This document shows positions 10,670 to 20,777 of a DNA stretch of 64,000 nucleotides, piece after piece. The stretch's first letter is position 1; each line of letters opens with the position of its first letter. This DNA is from Clostridia bacterium (GTDB lineage: Bacteria > Bacillota > Clostridia > Oscillospirales > Acutalibacteraceae). The stretch is taken from assembly GCA_024403955.1 (NCBI GenBank), contig JAKSQX010000003.1, positions 1,818 through 65,817 on the forward strand. Reading direction: 5' to 3'. The position numbers were made by a program, and so were the translations under genes. Under the pieces are notes generated by a model that searched no databases, was not told the DNA's origin, and worked only from the letters and a program-made list of their open reading frames with translations.

Positions 10670-11236
10670 TTGAATAATTATGATGAATTCAACGCACTCG
10701 ATGAAGGCGTAGAACCAGGTGGACTCAGAAACAAAGACGAGATTAAAGTCCTTATCTGCTATCTTCTTAAGACAGTAGATTCCAGCATTACTCGTGAACA
10801 GATTGGCGACATTATGCAGGATCAAGGTATTGCTAATTACTTTGAGGCTATGGACGCCATCTCAGACCTTCTTTCAAACGGCAGTATAACTTCCGACTTT
10901 AGAGATGATAAAGAATATCTCTCAGTAACAGACATCGGAAGAAATGCTGCTTTAGCTCTTGAGAGAGATCTCCCAAGAACTGTACGAGAAAAAGCTGTTA
11001 AATCAGCCATCAAGTTTTTAACACTTGAGCGCAATGAGCGTGAGAACGACGTTAAGATTGAAGCAGTTGATGACGGCTACACAATCTCCTTCACTATGAA
11101 GGACAGAGACACTGTTCTTATGGAACTTTCAATGTTTGTGGGCGACAGAGACCAGGCTGAAAAATTAAAAGATAATTTCATCGAAGACCCAGCAAGAGTT
11201 TATTCAAGCATTCTTGCAAGTCTTATGATTGACTAG
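10670..11236 (+). CDS. DUF4364-like protein (family assignment by recollection only)
   Basis: TTG 10670 lies 9 nt after AAGGAGG and 1 nt after the mreB stop. The N-terminal GGLRNKDEIKVLICYLL motif resembles clostridial DUF4364 proteins. Confidence 0.55.
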   Translation: MNNYDEFNALDEGVEPGGLRNKDEIKVLICYLLKTVDSSITREQIGDIMQDQGIANYFEAMDAISDLLSNGSITSDFRDDKEYLSVTDIGRNAALALERDLPRTVREKAVKSAIKFLTLERNERENDVKIEAVDDGYTISFTMKDRDTVLMELSMFVGDRDQAEKLKDNFIEDPARVYSSILASLMID

Positions 11237-11249
11237 GAGGACAAAACCA

Positions 11250-11951
11250 ATGAGTTTTATCGAATTTGATTCCGTTTACAAGCGTTACAAGATGGGCGAA
11301 GTTGTAATCAATGCAGCAGACGGTGTTACATTCAACGTAGAGCAGGGTGAATTTGCTGTTATCGTTGGTGCATCTGGTGCAGGTAAGACAACAGTTCTTA
11401 ACATTCTTGGTGGCATGGATTCCTGTGATGATGGTAAGGTTCGTGTTGCTGGTGACCTCGTAAATGAGTACAACAATAAGCGTCTTATTGAATATCGCAG
11501 ATATGACGTAGGTTTTGTTTTTCAGTTCTATAACCTTGTTCCAAACCTCACAGCTCTCGAGAACGTTGAGCTTGCAACCCAGATTGGTAAAGCAAGTCTT
11601 AGCCCTGAGAAGGTACTTGAGCGTGTAGGCCTTCAGGAGCGTATGGGTAACTTTCCAGCACAGCTCTCTGGTGGTGAGCAACAGCGTGTATCTATCGCTC
11701 GTGCTCTCGCAAAGAACCCTAAGCTTCTTCTCTGCGACGAACCTACAGGTGCTCTTGACTACAACACTGGTAAGCAGATCTTAAAACTCCTCCAGGACAC
11801 TTGCCGTGAGACTGGTATGACAGTTATCGTTATCACACATAACTCAGCAATCACACCTATGGCTGACCGCGTAATTCAGATGCGTTCCGGCCGTGTAGTT
11901 TCTATGTCAGTAAATGAGAACCCAGTACCAATTGAAAGGATTGAATGGTAA
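11250..11951 (+). CDS. ABC transporter ATP-binding protein (MacB/FtsE-like)
   Basis: Walker [10 protein letters not shown], signature LSGGEQQRV, Walker [16 protein letters not shown] 11250 follows GGAGG. Confidence 0.9.
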   Translation: MSFIEFDSVYKRYKMGEVVINAADGVTFNVEQGEFAVIVGASGAGKTTVLNILGGMDSCDDGKVRVAGDLVNEYNNKRLIEYRRYDVGFVFQFYNLVPNLTALENVELATQIGKASLSPEKVLERVGLQERMGNFPAQLSGGEQQRVSIARALAKNPKLLLCDEPTGALDYNTGKQILKLLQDTCRETGMTVIVITHNSAITPMADRVIQMRSGRVVSMSVNENPVPIERIEW

Positions 11952-11955
11952 GAGT

Positions 11956-14900
11956 ATGAACTTAACAAAAGCGTATAAAACCGATACGCTGCGTTCTGTC
12001 AAGAATACTCTAAGCCGTTTTATCTCCATCATTGCAATTGTTGCTTTGGGTACTTCATTCTTTGTAGGCTTTAATGCGGTCTACCCAGATATGATAGACA
12101 CAGCAGAGGAATACTTTGAGGACTATAACCTTATGGATATCAGGGTTCAGTCCAACATAGGTATTTATGAGAGCGAGCTCAATGCGCTCGCTGAAATTGA
12201 CGGTGTACAGTCCGTCATGGGACAGAAGTTTGTCGACGGTCTCGTTGAGATGCTCAATGACGATGAGGACCCTCAGTTCGAAGGTCTCGTTGATATTGAT
12301 GGTTCCCAGCTCACTATCCGTGCTTTCGCACTCGACGTTGATAAGGCAGTTGCTTTCTCAGCAAACGGTGAGGATGACGACAACTACATCAACAGACTTC
12401 GCCTTATCAAAGGTGAATGGCCAGATGAGCCAGGTGAGTGTGTAATTACAGACTCAGGTCTCACAACTCCTGATGAGTTCAAAATCGGTGAGATTATCAA
12501 GATTGTCGGCGACGGCGAGGGACTTGATACTTACCTCACGACAACTGAATTCACAATCGTAGGTATTGTTGAATCACCTTATTGGCTCTCATTTGAGCGT
12601 GGTGCTACAATGGCCGGCTCAGGTAAGCTCGGTGACTATATCTACATCCCTCAGGAGACTTTCACAGATCAGATGAACTACTACAGTGAGGCATATATCA
12701 CTGTACAGGGCGCAGATAAATATCAGCCATATTCAAAGAAGTATGACAGATGCGTAGAGCCAGTAATGGAGGCTATTCGCGCAGAGTCAGATGGAATTAT
12801 GGCACTTGCAACTGGTGACCTCCTTGCAACTCTTCCACAGAAGATTGCTGATGGTGAGGCCACATATCAAAAGGCTGAAACATATGCTTCTCAGAAGCTC
12901 GCTGAATCATATGAAGAGCTCGAGACACTTCGTTCATTCTCCCAGGGAGGCGAGTCCGCTCTCTCTGAGTATCAGAACGAAATCGATTCTCAGTATGCTC
13001 AGGCTCTTCAGCAGCTCGCTTCAGGTAACTCACAGTATGCTTCAAAACTCAAGACATATAATAGCTACTTAAATCAGTACAACCAGTCAGAGACACTCCT
13101 TCGTCAGAAGGAAGCTGAGTATGACACTAAGAAGGCTGAATATGATGCGGCTAAGGATCAACTTGTAGAGGCTAACACAAAGATCCTTGTTGCAGAGGGA
13201 CAAATTCAGTCTATGGAGCAGCTCATTGGCTCCACATCAACTATCTCAAAGCAGTTCGCAAGCAATTTTGACCAGAATGTCGAGGACCTCGACCTTATGG
13301 GAATTGCTAACACAGTTGAGGAATACAACCCTGACCTTGCTAAGAGACTCCGTGCCGCTGCAAATGTAACAGCAGGTGGTATGGCTGCTGATGTCGGTGG
13401 TCTTCTGGGCGAAACTCTTGATACTTATAATATTGAGCTAAGTGCAAAGAAAGCAGAGCTCCAGGCTGGTAAGAATGAGTATTCAGCTGGTAAGGCAAAG
13501 CTCGAATCAGCAAATGCTCAGCTCACACAGGCAAAGGCGGATTTGAACTCTGCCAATGCTAAGCTCACATCTTCAAGACAGCAGCTTGATAGTTACAAAC
13601 GCCAGCTCGACGATGCTAATATCAGACTTAAGATGGGTGAACTTGAATCAAGTTCAAAACGTCAGTCTGCTCAGTCACAGCTCGATATCAAAGCTGCTCA
13701 GGCAGAGGCCGCTGCTTCTAATCTCGAAGAGTACGAGAAGAAGTATGCTGCAGCAGAGAAGTCTGTAAATGAACAGCTCCTTGCCGCTAGATCTCAGCTT
13801 GATAAGGCTAAGAATACATATGAACTTATTACTACAGGCGATGCAGTAATCAATGTCTATGACAGAGACGACTCTCCTGGATACTCAGGATATGGTTCTG
13901 CTGCTTTCAACATGAAGGCGCTCGCTAAAGTATTCCCAACATTCTTCTTCATAGTTTCAACACTTATCTGTCTTGTTACTATGACTCGAATGGTAGAGGA
14001 GGAGAGAACTCAGCTCGGTACTTTGAAGGCTCTCGGTTATGACAACAAGACCATCGTTGCAAAGTACATAGCATATGCTCTCTCAGCTTCACTCATAGGT
14101 TCTGTCATCGGTACGTCCGTCGGCTTTATTGTCTTCCCGAAGGCAATCACAGCTGCTTGGGGTATCATGTATGATTTACCAAAGGTTAACCTTCACTACT
14201 TCTTCGGCTATGCACTTCTTGCAACAATTATCGCCGTAGCTTCAACTTGTGGCGCATCTTACTGGGCTTGCCGTTCTGAGCTCGCTTCAGTACCAGCAGT
14301 CCTTATGAGACCTAAGCCACCTAAGGAAGGTAAACGAGTACTTCTTGAGAATATTGACTCTATTTGGTCACGTCTAAGCTTCACATCAAAGATTACTGTA
14401 CGTAACCTCTTCAGAAATCCTAAGCGTTTCGTTATGACACTCGTAGGTATCGGCGGTTGTACAGCACTTCTTCTCGCAGGTTTTGGTCTTTCAGACTCAG
14501 TATCTGCTTGTATTGAGAAACAGTACGGTTCAGAGGGTGTCGCTCAATACGACCTTCAGGTAGTACTTAAGGACCCTGCAACATCTGATTCATTCATCGT
14601 AAATGAGCTCGACAGAATGACAGTTATCGATGAGATGATGCTTGCAAAGCTCCAGGTATGCACAGGTTCTTGCGATAGAAATGACAACGAACTCGAAGTA
14701 GATGTACTTGTTCCAGAAAATCCAGCTATGCTTTCTAAGCTTGTTAACCTCGAATCTAAGCGTGGAAAGACCAAGACTCTCGATGATTCAGGCGCAATCA
14801 TCACACAGAAGTTTGCTAACAAGATGAATGCCGGTGTGGGTGACACAGTAACGCTCACATGGACTGAGGGTTCAAGAGAAGTTACATATGACGTAAAGGT

Positions 14901-15534
14901 TGCTGCTATAGTTCAGAACTACACATTCCATTACGTATATATGACTCCTGCTTACTACGAGTCTGTAACAGGCAAAGCACCTGATTACACCTATATCTAT
15001 ACAAGTCTTAAGGACGACATCTCAAAGGCTGAGAAGGTTCAGCTTGAGAATGAGATCAATGCTTACACAGAGGTAAACGGTTCTGTTTACACATCTGTTG
15101 TACGTAACAGCTTTGAGAATATCATCAGCGCTTTGAACCTCGTTATTATCGTTCTTATTATCGCTGCCGGTGCGCTTGCATTTGTAGTACTTTATAACCT
15201 TAACAATATCAATGTAAATGAACGTATTAGAGAACTTGCCACCTTGAAGGTACTTGGTTTCTACGACGGCGAAGTTTCAGCATATATCTACCGTGAGAAT
15301 ATTATTCTTACACTCCTTGGTACTACCATAGGTCTTATCCTTGGTATACCTGTTCAGCGACTCATCGTTTCAGTTATCGACATCGATACTGTAACCTTCG
15401 GCACACAGCTTGACTTCACAAGCTTTATCTTTGCCGCAGCTCTTACAATTATCTTTGCTGTAATTGTCAACGTCATCATGCACTTCAATTTGAAGCACAT
15501 CAAGATGGTTGAGTCACTTAAATCGGTCGAATAA
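11956..15534 (+). CDS. very large FtsX-family ABC permease (two FtsX modules, long coiled-coil extracytoplasmic insert)
   Basis: N-terminal TM, then a ~650-aa extracytoplasmic region. This includes a ~300-aa Q/A/K/E/L-rich heptad-like stretch. Two 4-TM FtsX blocks follow, separated by a second soluble domain. Starts 4 nt after the ATPase gene. Confidence 0.85.
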   Translation: MNLTKAYKTDTLRSVKNTLSRFISIIAIVALGTSFFVGFNAVYPDMIDTAEEYFEDYNLMDIRVQSNIGIYESELNALAEIDGVQSVMGQKFVDGLVEMLNDDEDPQFEGLVDIDGSQLTIRAFALDVDKAVAFSANGEDDDNYINRLRLIKGEWPDEPGECVITDSGLTTPDEFKIGEIIKIVGDGEGLDTYLTTTEFTIVGIVESPYWLSFERGATMAGSGKLGDYIYIPQETFTDQMNYYSEAYITVQGADKYQPYSKKYDRCVEPVMEAIRAESDGIMALATGDLLATLPQKIADGEATYQKAETYASQKLAESYEELETLRSFSQGGESALSEYQNEIDSQYAQALQQLASGNSQYASKLKTYNSYLNQYNQSETLLRQKEAEYDTKKAEYDAAKDQLVEANTKILVAEGQIQSMEQLIGSTSTISKQFASNFDQNVEDLDLMGIANTVEEYNPDLAKRLRAAANVTAGGMAADVGGLLGETLDTYNIELSAKKAELQAGKNEYSAGKAKLESANAQLTQAKADLNSANAKLTSSRQQLDSYKRQLDDANIRLKMGELESSSKRQSAQSQLDIKAAQAEAAASNLEEYEKKYAAAEKSVNEQLLAARSQLDKAKNTYELITTGDAVINVYDRDDSPGYSGYGSAAFNMKALAKVFPTFFFIVSTLICLVTMTRMVEEERTQLGTLKALGYDNKTIVAKYIAYALSASLIGSVIGTSVGFIVFPKAITAAWGIMYDLPKVNLHYFFGYALLATIIAVASTCGASYWACRSELASVPAVLMRPKPPKEGKRVLLENIDSIWSRLSFTSKITVRNLFRNPKRFVMTLVGIGGCTALLLAGFGLSDSVSACIEKQYGSEGVAQYDLQVVLKDPATSDSFIVNELDRMTVIDEMMLAKLQVCTGSCDRNDNELEVDVLVPENPAMLSKLVNLESKRGKTKTLDDSGAIITQKFANKMNAGVGDTVTLTWTEGSREVTYDVKVAAIVQNYTFHYVYMTPAYYESVTGKAPDYTYIYTSLKDDISKAEKVQLENEINAYTEVNGSVYTSVVRNSFENIISALNLVIIVLIIAAGALAFVVLYNLNNINVNERIRELATLKVLGFYDGEVSAYIYRENIILTLLGTTIGLILGIPVQRLIVSVIDIDTVTFGTQLDFTSFIFAAALTIIFAVIVNVIMHFNLKHIKMVESLKSVE

Positions 15535-16115
15535 TGAAGAAATCTAACACAACTAAAAGTAAGATTGTATCCGCAGCCTGGAAACTCTTCTATGAGCAGG
15601 GCTACGAGGATACAACGGTAGATGAAATTATTGCTGAATCAAAGACGTCTAAGGGTTCGTTCTACCACTATTTCAAGTCTAAGGACGAGCTCATGGGCTC
15701 TCTCTCATATCTCTTTGATGAGAAGTATGAGGAGATCTACCCAGAAGTTAAGAAGATTAAGAATTCATTTGATAAGCTCATCTTTATGAATTCAGAACTC
15801 TTCGGTATGATTGAGGATTCTATCTCCATCGACCTTCTTGGACGACTTTACTCGTCCCAGCTTGTAACAAAAGGCGAGAAGATGCTTCTCGACTATACAA
15901 GAATGTATTACAAGCTGCTCCGTGAAGTCGTATCGGAGGGGCAGAAGAACGGCGAAATCCGTTCGGATCTCTCCACAAATGACATCGTAAAGACCTATGC
16001 GCTTTTGGAGCGCGGCCTTCTTTACGACTGGTGCATTTGTAACGGAGACTATCCTTTAAAGGATTACGCCGGCAAATTGATGCCAGAACTTCTAGCATAT
16101 ATTAAGGTTAAATGA
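15534..16115 (+). CDS. TetR/AcrR family transcriptional regulator
   Basis: N-terminal HTH TTVDEIIAESKTSKGSFYHYFKSKDEL. Its start overlaps the permease stop (TAATG). Confidence 0.85.
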   Translation: MKKSNTTKSKIVSAAWKLFYEQGYEDTTVDEIIAESKTSKGSFYHYFKSKDELMGSLSYLFDEKYEEIYPEVKKIKNSFDKLIFMNSELFGMIEDSISIDLLGRLYSSQLVTKGEKMLLDYTRMYYKLLREVVSEGQKNGEIRSDLSTNDIVKTYALLERGLLYDWCICNGDYPLKDYAGKLMPELLAYIKVK

Positions 16116-16123
16116 AAATAGAA

Positions 16124-16161
16124 GTGGAATTTGCGAAAATAATTGCAAATTCCACTTTTTG
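16124..16161 (+). terminator. intrinsic terminator after the ABC-TetR operon
   Basis: GTGGAATTTGC / GCAAATTCCAC stem followed by TTTTT. Confidence 0.8.
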
Positions 16162-16332
16162 TTTATTTTTATTTCAGTTTTTAGTCTATAATAATTATTC
16201 CTTATTTATGATACTTTTAGGCAATACGATTGATATTTAGTCTATACTTTGTATTAGACTTCGTTCTGTATTGCATTCAGTGTTTTGGTATGTTAAAATC
16301 CTAAAGTATTCTTAAGAAGGGATGTATTTATT

Positions 16333-17856
16333 ATGTCAGGTGAAATTTTAGCATTTATACTCTATTTCGTATTTATGCTCGGTGTTGGTGTATTTTTCTT
16401 CATCAAGACCAAGAACAAACAGAATGAGGCAGAGTACTTCCTCGGTGGCCGTGCAATGGGCCCTTGGGTAACTGCTCTTTCAGCTCAGGCATCAGATATG
16501 TCTGCTTGGCTCCTTATGGGTCTTCCAGGCTCTATGCTTGCTTTCGGTATGGGACAGGCTTGGATTGGTATCGGTCTTGCACTTGGTACAATCGCAAACT
16601 GGTTCATCTGTGCTAAGAGACTTCGTAAGTTCTCTAAGGCATCAGGTGATTCAATCACACTCCCACAGTATTTGACAAATCGTTTTGCATCACAGTCTAA
16701 GGCTCTCGCAGTTATCTGTGCTGCAATCTTCCTCTTTGCATTTACAGTATACGTAGCATCTGCTTTCGTTGCTGGTGCAACAGTATTCACAACTTTGATT
16801 GATGGTCTTCCAACAAGCACAGCAATGATTATCTTTGCTGCCATCATCATTGTTTACACTTTCCTCGGTGGCTTCAAGGCTGTTTCTTGGACAGACTTCT
16901 TCCAGGGCATGCTCATGTTCGTAGCTCTTCTTGCAGTTCCAATTCTTGCAGCAGCTGCTCTTAAGAAGGTTCCAGCTGACGTTGTTGCTACAAACCTCCA
17001 GGCAGTAGGTGAGTATCCAGCATTCTCAGCACAGCTCTTCAATGCTTCATGGCAGGATGTTGTATCTGGTCTCGGTTGGGGACTTGGCTACTTTGGTATG
17101 CCTCACATCATCGTAAGATTCATGGCTATTGAAAAGCCATCTATGATTAAGAAGTCAGCTATCGTTGGTAGCGTTTGGGTTGTAGTTACTCTTCTCTGTG
17201 CAATCCTCGTTGCTTACTATGGCCGTATGATGATCGGTGCACAGCTCCTTGCTGACGGTCTTCAGAAGACAGTATTTATCGCACTTGCTCGTGGACTTTT
17301 CCCAAGCTTTATTGCTGGTATCTTACTTGCAGCTATTATTTCAGCTTCAATGTCAACAGCAGACTCACAGCTCCTCGTAGCTTCATCTGCTTTCACAGCT
17401 GATATCTATAAGCCAATCATTAGAAAGAACGCATCAGAGAAGGAACTTCTCTGGGTTGGTCGTATTGTAGTAGTTGTTGTAGCCGTTATCGCTTACTTTA
17501 TCGCAAGCTCTAAGGGCTCAGGCGCACAGGCTATCATGGAGATGGTTGAGAACGCATGGGGTATCTTCGGTGCCGCATTCGGTCCTGTAATTATCCTCTC
17601 ACTCTTCTGGAAGCGCTTCAACTATTCTGGTGCTATCGCTGGTATCGTAACAGGTGCTCTTGTTGATATCCTCTGGCTCTTCTTGCCAGTTGCAAACGGT
17701 GCTACACTTTCAGCAGCAACAGGCGTATACGAAATCGTTCCTGGTTTCATCCTCGGCGGTCTTGCAGCATTCATCGTTGCAAAGGCTACTAAGGCTCCAT
17801 CAGCAGAGGTAGAGGCTATCTTTGCTAAAGCAACAGACGAATCTAACGACGATTAA
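16333..17856 (+). CDS. putP: sodium:proline symporter (SSS family)
   Basis: ~13 TM segments and an N-terminal region EYFLGGRAMGPWVTALSAQASDMSAWLLMGLPG typical of PutP. Confidence 0.85.
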   Translation: MSGEILAFILYFVFMLGVGVFFFIKTKNKQNEAEYFLGGRAMGPWVTALSAQASDMSAWLLMGLPGSMLAFGMGQAWIGIGLALGTIANWFICAKRLRKFSKASGDSITLPQYLTNRFASQSKALAVICAAIFLFAFTVYVASAFVAGATVFTTLIDGLPTSTAMIIFAAIIIVYTFLGGFKAVSWTDFFQGMLMFVALLAVPILAAAALKKVPADVVATNLQAVGEYPAFSAQLFNASWQDVVSGLGWGLGYFGMPHIIVRFMAIEKPSMIKKSAIVGSVWVVVTLLCAILVAYYGRMMIGAQLLADGLQKTVFIALARGLFPSFIAGILLAAIISASMSTADSQLLVASSAFTADIYKPIIRKNASEKELLWVGRIVVVVVAVIAYFIASSKGSGAQAIMEMVENAWGIFGAAFGPVIILSLFWKRFNYSGAIAGIVTGALVDILWLFLPVANGATLSAATGVYEIVPGFILGGLAAFIVAKATKAPSAEVEAIFAKATDESNDD

Positions 17857-17874
17857 TATACATCCCATTAAACG

Positions 17875-17913
17875 GAAAAGGTCTGGTTCTTCGGAACTGG
17901 GCCTTTTCTGTTT
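17875..17913 (+). terminator. intrinsic terminator of putP
   Basis: 15-bp stem GAAAAGGTCTGGTTC / GAACTGGGCCTTTTC (three G-U pairs) with loop TTCG and a T-rich tail. Confidence 0.75.
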
Positions 17914-17961
17914 AATTTGGTTTACCAAATTCTTTCTCATCGCCAAAACATAGCAAACCTC

Positions 17962-17989
17962 TTGAAATAATTTGGATATATCATATAAT
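17962..17989 (+). promoter_or_regulatory. sigma-A-type promoter of pdp
   Basis: TTGAAA, 16-nt spacer, TATAAT, located ~20 nt upstream of the pdp start. Confidence 0.55.
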
Positions 17990-18008
17990 TCAAATAGAGG
18001 TGATACAT

Positions 18009-19310
18009 ATGCGCATGTATGACATTATTAAGAAAAAACGTGACGGCGGAGAACTCAGTACTGAAGAGATTGAGTTCTTTGTTGAGGGATATACAAAGGG
18101 AGAGATTCCTGATTACCAGGCGTCGGCTATGACGATGGCAGTATTCTTCCAGGGAATGACACCTAGGGAGACAACTGACCTGACTTTGGCTATGGCAAGG
18201 TCGGGTGATATGCTTGATCTCTCCGTACTCGGCGACAAGACTGTCGATAAGCACAGCACAGGCGGTGTGGGCGACAAGGTAACGCTCGTTGTTGCGCCTA
18301 TTGCTGCAGCCCTTGGCTGCACGGTGGCAAAAATGAGCGGTCGTGGACTTGGCCACACCGGCGGCACAGTAGATAAACTTGAATCAATTCCAGGTTTCAA
18401 GGTTGAACTCGGCGCTGATGAGTTCTTCTCACAGGTAAAAGACATCGGCATCAGTGTCATAGGCCAGTCTTCAAATCTTACTCCTGCAGATAAGAAACTC
18501 TATGCTTTACGTGATGTCACAGCAAGTGTAGAGTCATTGCCACTTATCGCATCATCAATTATCTCAAAGAAACTCGCAGGTGGAAGCCAGCACATCGTAC
18601 TCGATGTAACCTGTGGTAGTGGTGCTTTTATGAAGACACCTGAGGCTGCAGAGGAACTCGCAAAGGCAATGGTTGAGATAGGTAACATGGCTGGCCGTCA
18701 TATGACTGCTGTTATCACAAATATGGATACACCACTCGGTATTAATATAGGTAATATCTTAGAAGTTAAAGAGGCTATTGAGGTTCTTTTAGGAGGTGGA
18801 CCTTCTGACCTTCGTTATGTCTGCACAGAAATCGCAAGCTATATGTATGCCTCTTGCTTTGACTGCTCAGCTGATGAGGCAAGACCTAAGGTCCTTGAGG
18901 CCATCTCATCAGGTGCAGCTTTCCAGAAGCTTCGCGCAATGGTAGGTGCACAGGGTGGAGACGTAAGATATATTGATGATCCTTCTCTCTTTGAATCTTC
19001 AAAGTATTCATATGAGATTAAATGTCCTGAGGATGGCTATATCACCTCGATGAATGCAGAGACTATAGGTATTGCATCTGTAGTTTTGGGCGCAGGTCGT
19101 GCAACACTTGAGGACAGTATCGACTATAAAGCTGGTATCTCACTCATCAAGAAGACGGGTGACAGGGTAAACGCTGGCGACACAATCGCAATTCTCTACA
19201 CAGATGATGAGTCAAAGATCCCTGAGGCACGCGACATGATTCTCGGCTGTATGAAGCTCTCTTTGACTGAACCTGAAGAAGAGACATTAATCTATAAAGT
19301 GATTAAATAA
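18009..19310 (+). CDS. pdp: pyrimidine-nucleoside (thymidine) phosphorylase
   Basis: The N-terminus MRMYDIIKKKRDGGELSTEEIEFFVEGYTKGEIPDYQASAMTMAVFFQGM and the DKHSTGGVGDK motif are typical of the Pdp/DeoA family. Confidence 0.92.
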   Translation: MRMYDIIKKKRDGGELSTEEIEFFVEGYTKGEIPDYQASAMTMAVFFQGMTPRETTDLTLAMARSGDMLDLSVLGDKTVDKHSTGGVGDKVTLVVAPIAAALGCTVAKMSGRGLGHTGGTVDKLESIPGFKVELGADEFFSQVKDIGISVIGQSSNLTPADKKLYALRDVTASVESLPLIASSIISKKLAGGSQHIVLDVTCGSGAFMKTPEAAEELAKAMVEIGNMAGRHMTAVITNMDTPLGINIGNILEVKEAIEVLLGGGPSDLRYVCTEIASYMYASCFDCSADEARPKVLEAISSGAAFQKLRAMVGAQGGDVRYIDDPSLFESSKYSYEIKCPEDGYITSMNAETIGIASVVLGAGRATLEDSIDYKAGISLIKKTGDRVNAGDTIAILYTDDESKIPEARDMILGCMKLSLTEPEEETLIYKVIK

Positions 19311-19400
19311 CTACAATAACTACAATATTTTGTGTTTTTTGTGTAAATTGTGACTAAATATGTATTTTTAAACAAAAATGACATATCAAGTTTGTATAAG

Positions 19401-19437
19401 AGTATGGGTAGCAAATGATTGCTACCCATACTTTTAT
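19401..19437 (+). terminator. intrinsic terminator of pdp
   Basis: 14-bp perfect stem AGTATGGGTAGCAA / TTGCTACCCATACT with loop ATGA, followed by TTTTA. Confidence 0.8.
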
Positions 19438-19507
19438 TATGATAAAATATACACAGCGTGAAAAGAGAAACGCTAGGCTAATTTATTTATTTTGGGAGGT
19501 TAATAGT

Positions 19508-20677
19508 ATGAAAAGAATTATCGCACTTGTCCTCGCACTTGTACTTGTATTATCTTTCGCAGCTTGCGCAAAGACAGATACAAAGGGTGATGCAAAGGCA
19601 GAGTACAAAGTAGCAATGATCACTGACTACGGTGACATTACTGACCAGTCTTTCAACCAGACAACTTATGAGGCAGCTAAGGGTTGGTGTGAAGCTAATG
19701 GTGTAGACTTCACATATTACAAGCCAACAGGTGACTCAACAGAAGCTCGTGTTGAAATGCTCGATAAGGCTGTAGCTGATGGCTACAACGTAATCGTATG
19801 CCCAGGCTATGCTTTCGCTGGCATGCTTGTTGAAGGCGCTCCTAACTATCCTGACGTTAAGTTCGTAGCTCTTGACGTAGCTCTCGGCGATCTCCTCGGC
19901 GAAGCTGTTGGTGCTGACTACGACTATAACCCAGATAACTGGAAGCTTGCTGACTATGTAGATCTTTCAAATGTTTACTGTGCAGTATACCAGGAAGAGC
20001 TCTGCGGTTATATGGCTGGTTATGCAGCTGTAAAACTCGGCTATGAGAAGCTCGGTTTCCTCGGTGGTATGGCAGTTCCAGCAGTTATCCGTTACGGATT
20101 CGGTTTCGTACAGGGTGCTGACGCAGCAGCTGTTGAACTCGATAAGAAGATCGACATCAACTATGCTTATGGTAACCAGTTCTTCGGTGATGCTGATATC
20201 ACAGCTAAGATGGATACATGGTATAAGGCTGGCACAGAGTGCGTATTTGCTTGCGGCGGCGGTATCTTTGATTCTGCAGCAGAAGCAGCAGCTAAAGTTG
20301 ATGCTAAGGTTATCGGCGTTGACGTTGACCAGGCTGCCATCATCGATGGTAAGTATGGTGAAGGCATGACAGTTACATCTGCAATGAAGGGTCTTGCTCC
20401 TACAGTAACAACTCTTCTTGATGGTATCAAGGCTGGTAAGTGGGCTGACTACGCTGGCAAGATTGAGACTCTTGGTCTTGTTTCAGAGGATCCAGAAGCT
20501 AACTATGTTCAGATTCCTATCGCTACAACACAGTTTGAAGACGGTAAGTTCACAGCTGATGATTATAAGGCTCTTGTAGCTGATATGTTCGCTGGTAAGA
20601 TCACTGTTTCTAATGCTATCGATGCTATGCCAAAGACAACAAATGCAACAGTTGATGATCAGGGCAACATTAAATAA
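19508..20677 (+). CDS. BMP-family (PnrA/TmpC-like) nucleoside-binding lipoprotein of an ABC importer
   Basis: Signal peptide with lipobox (LSFAAC). BMP-family length and composition, followed by the cognate double-ATPase and two permeases. ATG 19508 follows GGGAGG. Confidence 0.85.
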   Translation: MKRIIALVLALVLVLSFAACAKTDTKGDAKAEYKVAMITDYGDITDQSFNQTTYEAAKGWCEANGVDFTYYKPTGDSTEARVEMLDKAVADGYNVIVCPGYAFAGMLVEGAPNYPDVKFVALDVALGDLLGEAVGADYDYNPDNWKLADYVDLSNVYCAVYQEELCGYMAGYAAVKLGYEKLGFLGGMAVPAVIRYGFGFVQGADAAAVELDKKIDINYAYGNQFFGDADITAKMDTWYKAGTECVFACGGGIFDSAAEAAAKVDAKVIGVDVDQAAIIDGKYGEGMTVTSAMKGLAPTVTTLLDGIKAGKWADYAGKIETLGLVSEDPEANYVQIPIATTQFEDGKFTADDYKALVADMFAGKITVSNAIDAMPKTTNATVDDQGNIK

Positions 20678-20723
20678 TTAAAAAGTTTAGTTAACTTAAT
20701 AATTAATTAGCCTAAATACGTTT

Positions 20724-20752
20724 GAGGCGGGCTACGCGCCCGCCTCATTTTT
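20724..20752 (+). terminator. hairpin/partial terminator between binding-protein and ATPase genes
   Basis: GAGGCGGGC / GCCCGCCTC stem followed by ATTTTT. This is the typical position for an attenuating hairpin that raises the stoichiometry of the binding protein. Confidence 0.6.
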
Positions 20753-20777
20753 CTAAGAAAGAGGGGAGGTTGACAAT

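Noticed and set aside
12790-13800. Apparent repetitiveness and a cluster of alternate-frame ORFs, considered as a possible repeat array
   Set aside because: It is the coiled-coil-coding, compositionally biased part of the FtsX permease gene. There is no direct-repeat/spacer periodicity, so it is not CRISPR and not a tandem DNA repeat.
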